Below, in pieces: positions 19,050 through 28,584 of a stretch of DNA of 64,000 nucleotides (the stretch's first letter is position 1; every line of letters starts with the position of its first letter). Origin of the DNA: an uncultured bacterium (GTDB taxonomy: Bacteria > Armatimonadota > UBA5829 > DTLH01); contig CAZCCV010000007.1 of NCBI GenBank assembly GCA_964497515.1, forward strand, positions 8,788 through 72,787, written 5' to 3'. The notes under the pieces are model-generated. The model saw only the letters and a list, made by a program, of their open reading frames with translations. It made no database searches and was not told the DNA's origin. The position numbers and the translations under genes were made by a program.

Positions 19050-20288
19050 TTGCTTTTCGAACGATCGGTTCGACCAATGGCTCGACACGCTTACAAACGC
19101 GACGCCTGGGCCAGCGTGTTTTCCGGAATATACCAAGGATTTGTGTATGCAGGTCCGTTCTACCTCATTGTAGCCCGACAGCTCCACGCCAGCGATCTGA
19201 CTATCAGTTTTATGGTTGCCGCACCATTTATGGGGAACCTCCTCGCTCTGTTTTGGGCAAACTCGATGGAAGGTCGCCCCAAAATGCCGTTTGCGGTGGG
19301 TTCCTGGGTCGCTGCAAGAACGATGCTTCTATTCATGGTGATAGCAGTAACACCGATCAGGTTTGCCATCATCATCTGTCTCAGCCAGTTTCTGATGACA
19401 ATTGCATCGCCTGCTTATGCAGCGATAATGAAAGATGTCTATCCGGACGACCAACGTGGCCGTATCATGGGCTACGTCAGAGTACTAATGGCGGCCTCAA
19501 TGATTGCCACCACCTTTGTGGCAGGATGGTTGCTCGACTTCATCAGTTACAGGTGGATCTTTCCTTTGGGCGGTGCCGCAGGAATTGCTTCTGCACTGAT
19601 CTTTGGCAGAATACGAACAACGAAACCTCCAAAGAGTGAGAGGGTACGCAAGAGTAGTACGTGGAAATTCCTGCTATCATCATTTGCTATACTTCGCGAT
19701 GACAAAGGGTTCAGATGGTTTGCATTCTCCGTCTTCACATACGGAATAGGAAGCCTCATCGTCGCTCCAATTTATCCAGTGTTTATGGTTGATCGGCTGA
19801 ACATTACGACGCTTCAGGCCGGGGTTCTGTCGATCATGACGCAGTTGGTCTGGATGGTCTCATACTGGTTCTGGGGACGCTATGTCGATGTAAAGAGCCC
19901 AATCAGAGCCACTGTAGTCAGTATTCTCCTGGCGGTGACAGTGCCAATCAACTTCATTATAGCTTCATTCATCCCGTCGGTATGGATACTGATCCCGCAG
20001 GCCGTGATCTCTGGTGTAATAAATGCGGGAATAGAGCTTGCCTATTTCAATACTGTTCTAGAATTCTCAGGGGAGGGGAGGGTATCTCATTATCAAGCAA
20101 TATTCTCCTGGCTTCTTGGTATTCGAGGTTCCATAGCACCGTTTTTGGGAGGATTCTTGGCGGGATTATTCCAACGTGAGAGCCTGGACCTCCGGTGGAT
20201 ATTCTTTCTGGCCGCTGCAATTATGCTGGCCGGCGCAGTAATGCAGATTGTAGGAATGAGAAGAGACTTGCAAAATCGTAGGGTGTAG
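19050..20288 (+). CDS. MFS transporter
   Basis: 412 aa with about 12 hydrophobic helices and an MFS-like loop (DDQRGRIMGY). The TTG start has AGGAGAG upstream; an alternative ATG lies at 19077. Confidence 0.75.
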   Translation: MLFERSVRPMARHAYKRDAWASVFSGIYQGFVYAGPFYLIVARQLHASDLTISFMVAAPFMGNLLALFWANSMEGRPKMPFAVGSWVAARTMLLFMVIAVTPIRFAIIICLSQFLMTIASPAYAAIMKDVYPDDQRGRIMGYVRVLMAASMIATTFVAGWLLDFISYRWIFPLGGAAGIASALIFGRIRTTKPPKSERVRKSSTWKFLLSSFAILRDDKGFRWFAFSVFTYGIGSLIVAPIYPVFMVDRLNITTLQAGVLSIMTQLVWMVSYWFWGRYVDVKSPIRATVVSILLAVTVPINFIIASFIPSVWILIPQAVISGVINAGIELAYFNTVLEFSGEGRVSHYQAIFSWLLGIRGSIAPFLGGFLAGLFQRESLDLRWIFFLAAAIMLAGAVMQIVGMRRDLQNRRV

Positions 20289-20349
20289 GAGGCACCCAGT
20301 GACTCCCACACCCTTGGAGGCGAGAGGAGACCAGACAACCTGCTACTTT

Positions 20350-20667
20350 TCACTCCTTATCCTTACCACGCTGCTCTTTCATGCGAGCACTCCGCATTTC
20401 GCCCCCTCTCCGGCCAATTTCAGCATAAAACTCCGATCCACGTTCCTGCTTCACCGTATCTCCTCCCTTCTTGCCGATACGCTTGTAGAAAGCAGCTCCA
20501 TACTTCCGTTTTACTGCTTCGCCGCCTTTTCGCCCAGCCTCTTTCGCAAGATCAGGATTGGCCGCGAAGCCGCTCTCTTTGTCGTGTTCGCGCGATCCAC
20601 TGTGGGCCTCAGCTATCCTTCTGGCTCCCGGGGAGCCAGGCTGCGGACCCGGTCTGTCATCAGCCAT
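20350..20667 (-). CDS. KGG-repeat general stress protein
   Basis: Repeats GRKGGEAV / GKKGGDTV / GRRGGEM, hydrophilic and low-complexity, resembling YciG/GsiB-type stress proteins. GAGGGGG serves as the RBS. Confidence 0.65.
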   Translation of the reverse strand: MADDRPGPQPGSPGARRIAEAHSGSREHDKESGFAANPDLAKEAGRKGGEAVKRKYGAAFYKRIGKKGGDTVKQERGSEFYAEIGRRGGEMRSARMKEQRGKDKE

Positions 20668-20933
20668 AAGGTCACCCCCTCAAAGGAATTCGTCTGTATA
20701 AGATTTCCCGTTATTCGCTAACACACATATACTACATCGCATGATTCCAGTGTTCGAATGGTTCTTTGCCCCAGACGTTCACGGCTACACAAACATTTTA
20801 CCCTCTGTGCATAGATGGAAACTAACAGAGAATAGCCTTTTGCACAGGCCAATAGCGCTTTTGACACACCAAGGACGGACGGAAAAAGAGTATTGCCCTG
20901 CAGTTTTTTGCCAACAATAGCCATAATGCATAT

Positions 20934-21018
20934 GGGTGCGGACTCAAGTGACCATCTTCTCAATCGCCCGGCCAAACCGGGCATTCGTTGTGGCCGGATG
21001 GCGAGCCGCACCCTTTTT
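20934..21018 (+). terminator. Orphan extended hairpin plus T5; candidate 3' end of an unannotated small RNA
   Basis: The outer stem GGGTGCGGaCTC/GAGCCGCACCC encloses the inner stems CGCC-CGGCC/GGCCGG-GGCG and is followed by TTTTT. No plus-strand gene ends nearby. Confidence 0.3.
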
Positions 21019-21172
21019 GCGTCGATAACTGGGAAGTAGAGTGTGGAGTAGTGGGGGATGAGAAGACGGCGGCGGTTCTTAACTCATGCGCCGGAAGTTA
21101 ACATAAGTATTATTATCCGACACACGATCTTTCGACGGACTTAGCGATTGGCTCTCACTGAACCTTAGTCTT

Positions 21173-21210
21173 ACAGAAACAGCCTGGCACATATGAAATG
21201 CACCAGGCTG
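21173..21210 (-). terminator. Rho-independent terminator
   Basis: On the minus strand, CAGCCTGG-15 nt-CCAGGCTG is followed by TTTCTGT, 33 nt after the stop at 21243. Confidence 0.6.
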
Positions 21211-21242
21211 CTCTACTAATAATCCAAATTGACAAACCACAA

Positions 21243-21446
21243 CTACTGCGAGTATCGCAACAGTGCTATCTGCTCAATCTCCTTAATCTTGTCGTAAGCT
21301 CGACCAATCGCGTCTTGCACGTCTCTGATAGGCTGAGTTGTACCTTCAGAGCGCGATTTCAGATACCACGCAACTCCAATTGATACAGCAGTGACGCCGG
21401 CAGCGGCACCCAACAACACAGCCCAGGAATTTTTGTTGTCAGACAC
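21243..21446 (-). CDS. Small membrane-anchored protein, weakly YtxH-like
   Basis: 67 aa with one TM helix (WAVLLGAAAGVTAVSIGVAWY) and a helical tail. It has its own terminator. Confidence 0.35.
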   Translation of the reverse strand: MSDNKNSWAVLLGAAAGVTAVSIGVAWYLKSRSEGTTQPIRDVQDAIGRAYDKIKEIEQIALLRYSQ

Positions 21447-21479
21447 GTTAATCTCCTCGACAACTGGGACAGCCCCCAG

Positions 21480-21890
21480 TTACTTAATCTCGAATCGTTT
21501 CTCTCCGCCGTCAGTTCCATCCAAAGAACTGAAGATTCTCTTCACGAATGATACCAGCTCTATGGGATTGAAGGGCTTCGTGAGATAGCAGTCTACACCA
21601 GACTGCCAGCCCTTGAAAACGTCAGCATCCTGCGCCTTGGCAGTCAGCATTATCACAGGGATATCGCGAGTGGCTGAATTGCGTCGCAAATTCTGCAGGA
21701 CTTCAAATCCATCCATATAAGGCATCATTACATCAAGAACCACCAGGTCCGGGCGCTCCGATTCTACTTTCTCGAGTGCTTCTTTACCATCATTGGCGGT
21801 AACCACCTCATAGCCCTGTCTCTCAAGGTTGACCTGTACCAATCGGACTATGTTCTTCTCGTCATCAACGGCCAGAATCTTCCTAGCCAT
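21480..21890 (-). CDS. Single-domain response regulator (CheY-like receiver)
   Basis: The ORF opens at 21980; ATG 21890 has GGAGG 9 nt upstream. KILAVDDE...DLVVLDVMMPYMDGF...IMLTAK shows the receiver acidic pocket, phospho-Asp and Lys. Confidence 0.85.
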   Translation of the reverse strand: MARKILAVDDEKNIVRLVQVNLERQGYEVVTANDGKEALEKVESERPDLVVLDVMMPYMDGFEVLQNLRRNSATRDIPVIMLTAKAQDADVFKGWQSGVDCYLTKPFNPIELVSFVKRIFSSLDGTDGGEKRFEIK

Positions 21891-22016
21891 GCAAGGTTGC
21901 CTCCTTATTAAGCTACCGCCCTCAGCGGAGTGCGCGAAGCTTGCGTAATTCATCTTATGGGTCGTTTCCTCAGGATACACGCCCCCATTTAGTTTACCAC
22001 GGTGCGGAACTCAGTG

Positions 22017-22742
22017 TCAATCGGAAGTGGATGTTACAGACCGTGGTGCTTCTCCCAGAAGATTCCATGCATCATTAGCATACTTGTTATCGGCGAGACT
22101 GTGTGCAATCTGAAGTTCCTCTTCGGTGATTTCGCCAATCTCGGTATCCACTCCGAACTCAGCACCTATTTCTCTGGCGATAGCGTTTGCGAGCAGGTCT
22201 CTGTCTGGCCATTGATTTCCGGATGGATCAGCAAGCGAGTTCTGCTGAAGCACAGCCTCTCCTCGTCGCACTTGTGCGCTCCCAAGTGTCTTCTTGCCTT
22301 CGATCGCTAGTTCATAGTCGAGTGTTAAATCGAAACAATTGCCTATCCCACGAACAGTTGCCGGAGGTGTTGTGGCGCGACACAGTTCGGCTGAAATGCC
22401 GACTGAAACGAGTGCTCTCGCCACGGACTCCCCCACCCTTCTGTACGATTCACGAACGCGAGATCCGATTGTGGCAACATCAACTGTAATACTGAATGTG
22501 AGATCGCTACCGTGAAATACAGATCTACCGCCAGTAGGGCGGCGAACTGTGTTAGCTCCCCACCCTCCCGGCACACTGTTTATCGGCTGGAGCCTGCCAA
22601 CAGTGACTGATGGCTCAAGCCAACCGTAGAATCGAATTGTCGGAGGAACAGCGCCGGCAATGAAAGCCTCCAGAATGGCTTCATCAACCGCCATGTTCCA
22701 TACTGCTTCTTCGTCTCTGCAAGGAATCACTCGCCACAGCAT
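22017..22742 (-). CDS. Lipoate-protein ligase / octanoyltransferase family protein
   Basis: BPL/LPL catalytic-domain pattern ([19 protein letters not shown]). It lies directly downstream of gcvPB with a 16-nt overlap. Confidence 0.75.
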   Translation of the reverse strand: MLWRVIPCRDEEAVWNMAVDEAILEAFIAGAVPPTIRFYGWLEPSVTVGRLQPINSVPGGWGANTVRRPTGGRSVFHGSDLTFSITVDVATIGSRVRESYRRVGESVARALVSVGISAELCRATTPPATVRGIGNCFDLTLDYELAIEGKKTLGSAQVRRGEAVLQQNSLADPSGNQWPDRDLLANAIAREIGAEFGVDTEIGEITEEELQIAHSLADNKYANDAWNLLGEAPRSVTSTSD

Positions 22743-24184
22743 GTCAGCTTCGGCTTTCTAGCAGCAGCGACCTCGTCTAGCCGTTTTACGGGTAGACCGT
22801 ATGGTGCGTGTTGAATCAGTTCTGAGTTTTCCTTGCTCTCTCGATCAATTTGCAGCATAGCATCGACAAACGCATCCAAAGTCTCTTTGCTCTCTGTTTC
22901 TGTCGGCTCGATCATCATCGCTTCTTCAACTATCAGCGGGAAGTAGACTGTCGGCGCGTGAAACCCCAGATCCAGCAGCCTCTTCGCGATATCGAGCGCT
23001 TTGACTCCCAGCTTCTTGTGTTCGCGGGCTGTAGCAACAAACTCGTGCATACAGAAACGACCAAAAGGCACCGGATAAGTGTCCTGCAGCTTCGCTTTGA
23101 GGTAGTTGGCATTCAGAACTGCGATCTCTGCGGCTTCTCTTATACCCTCTTTGCCTAACGACCGAATGTATGCGAATGCTTTTACGAGCACAAGAAAATT
23201 CCCATAGAACGAGTGCACTCTACCTATGGATTGTGGCTTGTCACAGTTCAGAACGAACTGATCGCCCACTTTTTCAATCACTGGCACCGGTAAGAACGGT
23301 CTCAAGAACTCTTTGACGGCCACCGGCCCAGCACCAGGGCCACCTCCACCGTGCGGCGTGGAGAATGTCTTGTGCAAGTTGAAGTGCATCACATCAAAAC
23401 ACATATCTCCTGGTCGAGCCTTCCCCATAATGGCATTCATATTCGCGCCATCGCAGTACAGCAGTGCTCCTGCGTCGTGACAGAGGCTACATATAGCGAC
23501 GGTGTCTTCTTCGAAAAGCCCCAAGGTATTCGGGTTAGTGAGCATCAGCCCTGCGACATCCGGCCCAAGAGCGTTCTTCAGCGCCTCGAGGTCGACTAAA
23601 CCTTTATCGTTCGAAGAAACTTTGCGTATTTCGTAGCCAACACGGGCAGCAGTTGCAGGATTAGTGCCGTGAGCAGAATCAGGAACCAGAATCACCCGCC
23701 GCGCACTATCCCCTCTTGACTCGTGGTATGCTTTGATTATCGCGACGCCTGTGTACTCACCGTGCGCACCAGCGACCGGCTGAAGCGTGACTGCATCCAT
23801 TCCTGCAATCTCCGCCAGAGACTGCTGAAGCTCATACATCAAGGCAAGGGCACCTTGCACCGTAGATTCATCCTGAAGAGGGTGAATCGCCGTGAATCCC
23901 GATAAGCCCGCAATTCGCTCGTTTACCTTGGGATTGTACTTCATAGTACAAGAGCCAAGCGGATAGAAGTTTCCATCTACCGAGAACTGCTGATGCGACA
24001 GATGGGTGAAGTGTCTCACCACATCGAGTTCAGAGACCTCTGGAAGTGGCAGTGACTGACGAAGATAACCATCCGGCAGTGCGTTCTTTGCCGGTGTCTC
24101 TGGAACGTCTACTTCCGGCAGAGTGCATCCCACCCGCCCTGGTTTCGACAAATTGTAGATTAACGGCTCTTGTCTCATAGTCAC
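22727..24184 (-). CDS. gcvPB: Glycine dehydrogenase (decarboxylating) subunit 2
   Basis: 485 aa with the PLP-Lys region [16 protein letters not shown] and a typical GcvPB N-terminus. Confidence 0.93.
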   Translation of the reverse strand: MTMRQEPLIYNLSKPGRVGCTLPEVDVPETPAKNALPDGYLRQSLPLPEVSELDVVRHFTHLSHQQFSVDGNFYPLGSCTMKYNPKVNERIAGLSGFTAIHPLQDESTVQGALALMYELQQSLAEIAGMDAVTLQPVAGAHGEYTGVAIIKAYHESRGDSARRVILVPDSAHGTNPATAARVGYEIRKVSSNDKGLVDLEALKNALGPDVAGLMLTNPNTLGLFEEDTVAICSLCHDAGALLYCDGANMNAIMGKARPGDMCFDVMHFNLHKTFSTPHGGGGPGAGPVAVKEFLRPFLPVPVIEKVGDQFVLNCDKPQSIGRVHSFYGNFLVLVKAFAYIRSLGKEGIREAAEIAVLNANYLKAKLQDTYPVPFGRFCMHEFVATAREHKKLGVKALDIAKRLLDLGFHAPTVYFPLIVEEAMMIEPTETESKETLDAFVDAMLQIDRESKENSELIQHAPYGLPVKRLDEVAAARKPKLTCCGE

Positions 24185-25536
24185 ATCAACTCCACTAGTC
24201 GATCAATCTCCGCCTTGGTGCGCTTTTCTGTAACACAAAGCAGAATATGGTTAGTCAGCTCGGGATAATCCTTCCCGAGGTCGTAGCCACCTAGAATACC
24301 GTTCTCTAGCAGCGTTTTGTTTACTTCAGCCACGGGTCTATCACTCTTTACAACAAACTCCTTGAAGAAAGGTGCTTTCCAAGGAGCAGAATAGCCGGGT
24401 TTCGCACATATCTGTTCCATTGCGTAGTGAGCTTTGTTGAACGAGAGCTCACTCACCTGTCTCAAGCCATTCTTTCCAAGAGCAGCCATATAGACGTTGG
24501 CGGCCAATGCAACCAAAGCCTGATTGGAACAGATGTTGGATGTAGCTTTTTCGCGTCGGATATGCTGTTCCCGAGTCTGCAGTGTAAGAGTGTAAGCCTT
24601 TTTGCCATCGGTATCAGTAGTCTCACCGACAATCCGTCCAGGCACTTTCCACATATACTCTTGTTTGCACGCGAAGAGTCCCAGATAGGGACCACCAAAC
24701 CCCAAAGGAGTGCCCAGCGGCTGACCTTCGCCTACCACTATATCTGCTCCGAATTCTCCAGGAGGAGTTAGCATTCCGAGCGCAATAGGATCCACAGCAA
24801 CGACCAGAAGAGCCCCCACACTGTGTGCTGCTTCGGCCAAATCCTTAAGCGGTTCGATGACACCAAAGAAGTTGGGATACTGTACAATCACACACGAGAT
24901 GGTGTCATCGAGCTTTTCGCGAAGTACAGTGATGTCGGCGGTGCCGGCTTGGTATTCAGATTCGATCACCTCAACACTCATACCGGACGTATAGGTCGTT
25001 AGAACCTGCCGGTAATGCGGATGAACAGATTTAAGAACAAGCGCTCTGTTTCGTTTGTTGATACCTGCAGCCATAATGGCAGCTTCACCCACACCAGTAG
25101 CAGCATCGTAGAGGCTGGCGTTGGCAACATCCATCCCAGTCAAAGCGGCTACCATGCTCTGGTACTCGAAAATGCTCTGAAGTGTGCCTTGGCTTGCTTC
25201 TGGCTGATAAGGCGTATACGCGGTAGCAAATTCGGGCATAGAGACTACAGCCTCGACCACAGCCGGTATATAGTGGTCATAGGCGCCTGCGCCCAAAAAG
25301 CAGGTGAGTTCTGAAAGATCCTTGTTCCTGGCAGCCATACCCTGCGCAAGCGAGAGGACAGCCTGCTCCGGCATACCAGAGGGAAGGTTCAGCTCACCTT
25401 TAAGTCTTGCCGCTTCTGGAATCTGTTCGAAAAGAGCGTCGATGCTCGGGGCACCAATGGTGCTGAGCATCTCCGTCCTGTCATCCTCTGTTATAGGGAT
25501 ATAAGAGAGCTTACTGCGCTTCGATAAACTGTTCAT
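24181..25536 (-). CDS. gcvPA: Glycine dehydrogenase (decarboxylating) subunit 1
   Basis: 451 aa with [26 protein letters not shown] and a 4-nt overlap with gcvPB. Confidence 0.93.
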   Translation of the reverse strand: MNSLSKRSKLSYIPITEDDRTEMLSTIGAPSIDALFEQIPEAARLKGELNLPSGMPEQAVLSLAQGMAARNKDLSELTCFLGAGAYDHYIPAVVEAVVSMPEFATAYTPYQPEASQGTLQSIFEYQSMVAALTGMDVANASLYDAATGVGEAAIMAAGINKRNRALVLKSVHPHYRQVLTTYTSGMSVEVIESEYQAGTADITVLREKLDDTISCVIVQYPNFFGVIEPLKDLAEAAHSVGALLVVAVDPIALGMLTPPGEFGADIVVGEGQPLGTPLGFGGPYLGLFACKQEYMWKVPGRIVGETTDTDGKKAYTLTLQTREQHIRREKATSNICSNQALVALAANVYMAALGKNGLRQVSELSFNKAHYAMEQICAKPGYSAPWKAPFFKEFVVKSDRPVAEVNKTLLENGILGGYDLGKDYPELTNHILLCVTEKRTKAEIDRLVELM

Positions 25537-25891
25537 AGTCTTTGCTGCCCATCAAAGCATCTATCTCCGAGGCATCGTCCATTTTGATTATGATCAGCCA
25601 CCCAGTTCCGTACGGCTCTTCATTTATCAGTTCTGGGCTGGCTTCAACGTCCTCATTGACTTCAACGACCTCTCCTGTCACCGGCGACAACAGGTCTGAA
25701 ACTGCTTTTACCGAATCCACACTACCAAATGGCTCTCCGGCACGGACTGTTGTTCCGGGCTTCGGCAGATCCACGTTAACGATGTCTCCCAGTTCCTCTT
25801 GGGCGAAGTCAGAAATACCGATGGTTGCCATATCACCGGCTGCACGAACCCACTCGTGGCTCTTGCTGAATTTGACGTCGTCAGGGTACAT
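25511..25891 (-). CDS. gcvH: Glycine cleavage system H protein
   Basis: 126 aa with the lipoyl-Lys motif GSVDSVKAVSDLLSP. Confidence 0.93.
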   Translation of the reverse strand: MYPDDVKFSKSHEWVRAAGDMATIGISDFAQEELGDIVNVDLPKPGTTVRAGEPFGSVDSVKAVSDLLSPVTGEVVEVNEDVEASPELINEEPYGTGWLIIIKMDDASEIDALMGSKDYEQFIEAQ

Positions 25892-26009
25892 TAGGTCCTC
25901 CTAAATTCAGAATTCTTGCAGCAGCCTTTGCACCATTCAAACAACCTATGAAGATACAAAGATCCGCCTCACTTGATATTCGACAGCCAACCTCGGCTAT
26001 CCTACGATT

Positions 26010-27092
26010 TTACTTCTTTTTCTTCGAATAGAGTGGAAGTTTGCGCAACACACCAGGTCGCGGCTTGCCGTGAATCAGCACGTTGACCTGTGCTCCGTCC
26101 TCAACAGCCGTCGGAACAGAGGCAATAGCAATCCCACAACCAAGTGTAGGGGAGAATGTTCCACTGGTCACCCTTCCGATTCCCGCAGGGGTTTCGACGG
26201 AATCGTCAGTACGTGGCACGAACCGACCTTCCATCTCAATACCAATCAATTTTGTCTCAGCGCCTTTTTCAGCAGCGTCTGCAATTGCTTCGCGGCCAAT
26301 GAAATCTCCGGCATCAAGCTTGACCCAGCGCATCAGCCCCGCCTCAACTGCAGTGGTCTTTTCATCCATCTCGTGACCGTAGAGGGACAAACCCGATTCT
26401 GTACGCAGAACATCTCTAGAAGCCAAGCCGCACGGCACTATGCCTGCATCTTTGCCTGTTTCGAGAAGTGCGTTCCAGACAGTCTCTGCATCACCATTTG
26501 CACACGCGATCTCAAAGCCATCTTCTCCGGTGTAGCCAGTCCTAGTAGCCAAAACATCGCAGCCGGCCACCTTGCCGCGCACCATATGAAACCGTTTCGT
26601 ATCCGCAGCCGCAGTCAATCCGGATCTGACAACGGTATCGAGTGCGGCAGGACCCTGAATCGCAATAAGCGCAGTCTCTGGCGATTGATCGACCATTGTT
26701 ACCCCGGACGGCAGATTCTTCTCAATCCAAGCCTTATCCTTGTCGAGGTTAGATGCGTTCACTACAACATAGTAGCTATCGACTGATTCTCGAAAAACGA
26801 TGAGGTCGTCGATAATTCCGCCTTGTGGGTTACACATGAGAGTGTAGTGCCCGCCGGCGTCTTGCAGCTTGGTAATATCGTTGGTGAACAACTTCTGGAG
26901 TGCAGACATAGCATCGGTGCCGGAGACCATCAGGCGTCCCATATGGCTGACATCGAACATTCCGCCGGCGTTACGAACGGCATTCACTTCCTTGATAGCA
27001 CTACCATAATCTATCGGCAGCATCCAACCAGCAAACTCGCCGATTTTTGCGCCGGCTTTCTCGTGGGTCTTAATCAGAACAGGGGTCTTCAT
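26010..27092 (-). CDS. gcvT: Aminomethyltransferase (glycine cleavage T protein)
   Basis: 360 aa with typical GcvT blocks (MFDVSHMGR, TGYTGEDGFE). Confidence 0.93.
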   Translation of the reverse strand: MKTPVLIKTHEKAGAKIGEFAGWMLPIDYGSAIKEVNAVRNAGGMFDVSHMGRLMVSGTDAMSALQKLFTNDITKLQDAGGHYTLMCNPQGGIIDDLIVFRESVDSYYVVVNASNLDKDKAWIEKNLPSGVTMVDQSPETALIAIQGPAALDTVVRSGLTAAADTKRFHMVRGKVAGCDVLATRTGYTGEDGFEIACANGDAETVWNALLETGKDAGIVPCGLASRDVLRTESGLSLYGHEMDEKTTAVEAGLMRWVKLDAGDFIGREAIADAAEKGAETKLIGIEMEGRFVPRTDDSVETPAGIGRVTSGTFSPTLGCGIAIASVPTAVEDGAQVNVLIHGKPRPGVLRKLPLYSKKKK

Positions 27093-27105
27093 TGGCCACC
27101 ACTAG

Positions 27106-27201
27106 CCCGCGAACGGGTTCCTTTCACGACTTTTTGGCGTCGTGTCTAAGACACGACAAATGCCGGGGCATCTTTGCAACACCGGCCCACATATTGTAGC
27201 A
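27106..27201 (-). promoter_or_regulatory. gcvT leader: extended -10 promoter plus alternative-pairing hairpins
   Basis: On the minus strand: TGCTACAAT (27201-27193), then GTCGTGTC-TTA-GACACGAC, then GCCAAAAA-GTCGTG (segment 2 can pair with segment 1 or 3), then CCCG-UUCG-CGGG. Confidence 0.3.
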
Positions 27202-27254
27202 CGAATCGATATGTTTGGTCTAAAGTTTGAGCAACACTAATGTCATCAATGGAG

Positions 27255-28400
27255 CTAACGAAGATTGTCGGGGGTGATTGTAGCTATCGGCACGAACTGC
27301 CCGCCCTTGACCTGCAGGATTACTGCTGGCTTTCGGGCGTTTCTACGACCGTCGATGGTAATCTGACCCGTAACGCCAGGATAGTCTCTCGTTTCGCGCA
27401 TTGCTCTTCGAATAGCGTCTCCATCGGTAGATCCCGCTCGCTTAATAGCCTCGGCCAGTATCCAAGTTGCATCGTAACCAAGAGCTGCAATAGCATTGGG
27501 ATCCTTGTTGTATTTATCGCGAAACGCGGCCACAAACTGCCTTACTGCAGGTTCATCGCCAAGGCTCGAGAAATGGTTGCTAAAGTAGCAGCCTTCGAGG
27601 GAACGTCCAGCCTCTGAGACCAGCAACGGTGAATCCCAACCATCACCGCCCAGAAGTGGTGCCCTAATACCAACACGTCGAGCCTGCACTGCTATAATCG
27701 ACACTTCCTTTGGGCAGCCTGGCAAGAACAGAATGTCGGGCTTGGCTTCCTTAATACTCGCAAGCTGAGGCTCAAAATCTGTGTCACCAGCGCTGTAAGA
27801 CTGGCTAACAACCACTTTACCGCCTCCGGACTGGAACGCCTTACTGAAAGATTTGGCCAGCCCTTTGCTGTACTCGCTGTTGCTGTCCATAAGCACTCCA
27901 GCCTTTTTAGCTTCTAGGGTATTTGACGCAAACGCTGCACAGGCAGCGCCTTGGAAATCGTCTGTAAAGCAGACTCTAAAGACGTAGTCCCCAATTTTGG
28001 TGACTTCGGGACTAGTTGCAGCCGGAGAAATAAGAGGTATTTTACTCATCTGCGCAACTGGTGCAGCGATAATTGTATTGCTACTAGTGACTTCGCCCAA
28101 GATTGCGGAAACACCGTCATGCTTGATCAGCTTCTCTACTGCAGATCGAGCCTCGTTGCCATCACTACCATCGTCTTCCTGACGGAGTTCGACTTTCTTG
28201 TTGAGAATCCCACCTCGGTTGTTTATCTCCTCGACTGCAAGGATAATACCTTCGTGCATCGAACTGCCGTCGCCGGCGCTCTTTCCGTGGAGAGGGCTGC
28301 ATTCACCTATCAGCACTACATCTGGCTGCTTAGCGCAACCCGAAACAAAAACTGCCAATATGGAGCAGGGAATCCAAATGGCGATGATGGTTTTTAGCAT
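27255..28400 (-). CDS. ABC-type substrate-binding lipoprotein, LivJ/branched-chain-amino-acid-binding family
   Basis: The ORF opens at 28433; ATG 28400 has GAGGAG upstream. The lipobox is FVSGC. The layout is Peripla_BP_6-like (GPLLGGDGWD, AALGYDA). Confidence 0.8.
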   Translation of the reverse strand: MLKTIIAIWIPCSILAVFVSGCAKQPDVVLIGECSPLHGKSAGDGSSMHEGIILAVEEINNRGGILNKKVELRQEDDGSDGNEARSAVEKLIKHDGVSAILGEVTSSNTIIAAPVAQMSKIPLISPAATSPEVTKIGDYVFRVCFTDDFQGAACAAFASNTLEAKKAGVLMDSNSEYSKGLAKSFSKAFQSGGGKVVVSQSYSAGDTDFEPQLASIKEAKPDILFLPGCPKEVSIIAVQARRVGIRAPLLGGDGWDSPLLVSEAGRSLEGCYFSNHFSSLGDEPAVRQFVAAFRDKYNKDPNAIAALGYDATWILAEAIKRAGSTDGDAIRRAMRETRDYPGVTGQITIDGRRNARKPAVILQVKGGQFVPIATITPDNLR

Positions 28401-28584
28401 CACGCAAATCACTCCTCTGGTTACGGCAGGCACTGACCCACTGTCGTTAAACCGTCCGGTGAAACCATATTACGGCCTACTGGCTCTTCAGTCAAGCAAC
28501 TTATAAGAAAGAGAAAACCTGAACCAGACCGTTCGTACAAAGCGTATCTTATCATCTGGTCTTGTTCGACTTCCGTCAACCGAC

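Noticed and set aside
20718-21011. 97-aa minus-strand ORF in the KGG/YtxH intergenic region
   Set aside because: It has no RBS and a Cys/Arg-rich translation. It overlaps the plus-strand hairpin/terminator-like element. I treated it as non-coding.
25511-25536. 26-nt overlap between the gcvH end and the gcvPA start as a possible mis-annotation or frameshift
   Set aside because: Both reading frames give full-length, family-typical termini. There is no alternative in-frame start before the conserved YIPITEDD block, so I accepted it as a genuine overlap.
27093-27254. Expected glycine riboswitch upstream of gcvT
   Set aside because: Reading the minus strand, I cannot find the conserved GGAGAG / ACCGAAGGGGCAA / CUCUGGAGAG elements. 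The leader after the predicted promoter is only ~95 nt. I reported the hairpins I do see as a separate, lower-confidence observation.
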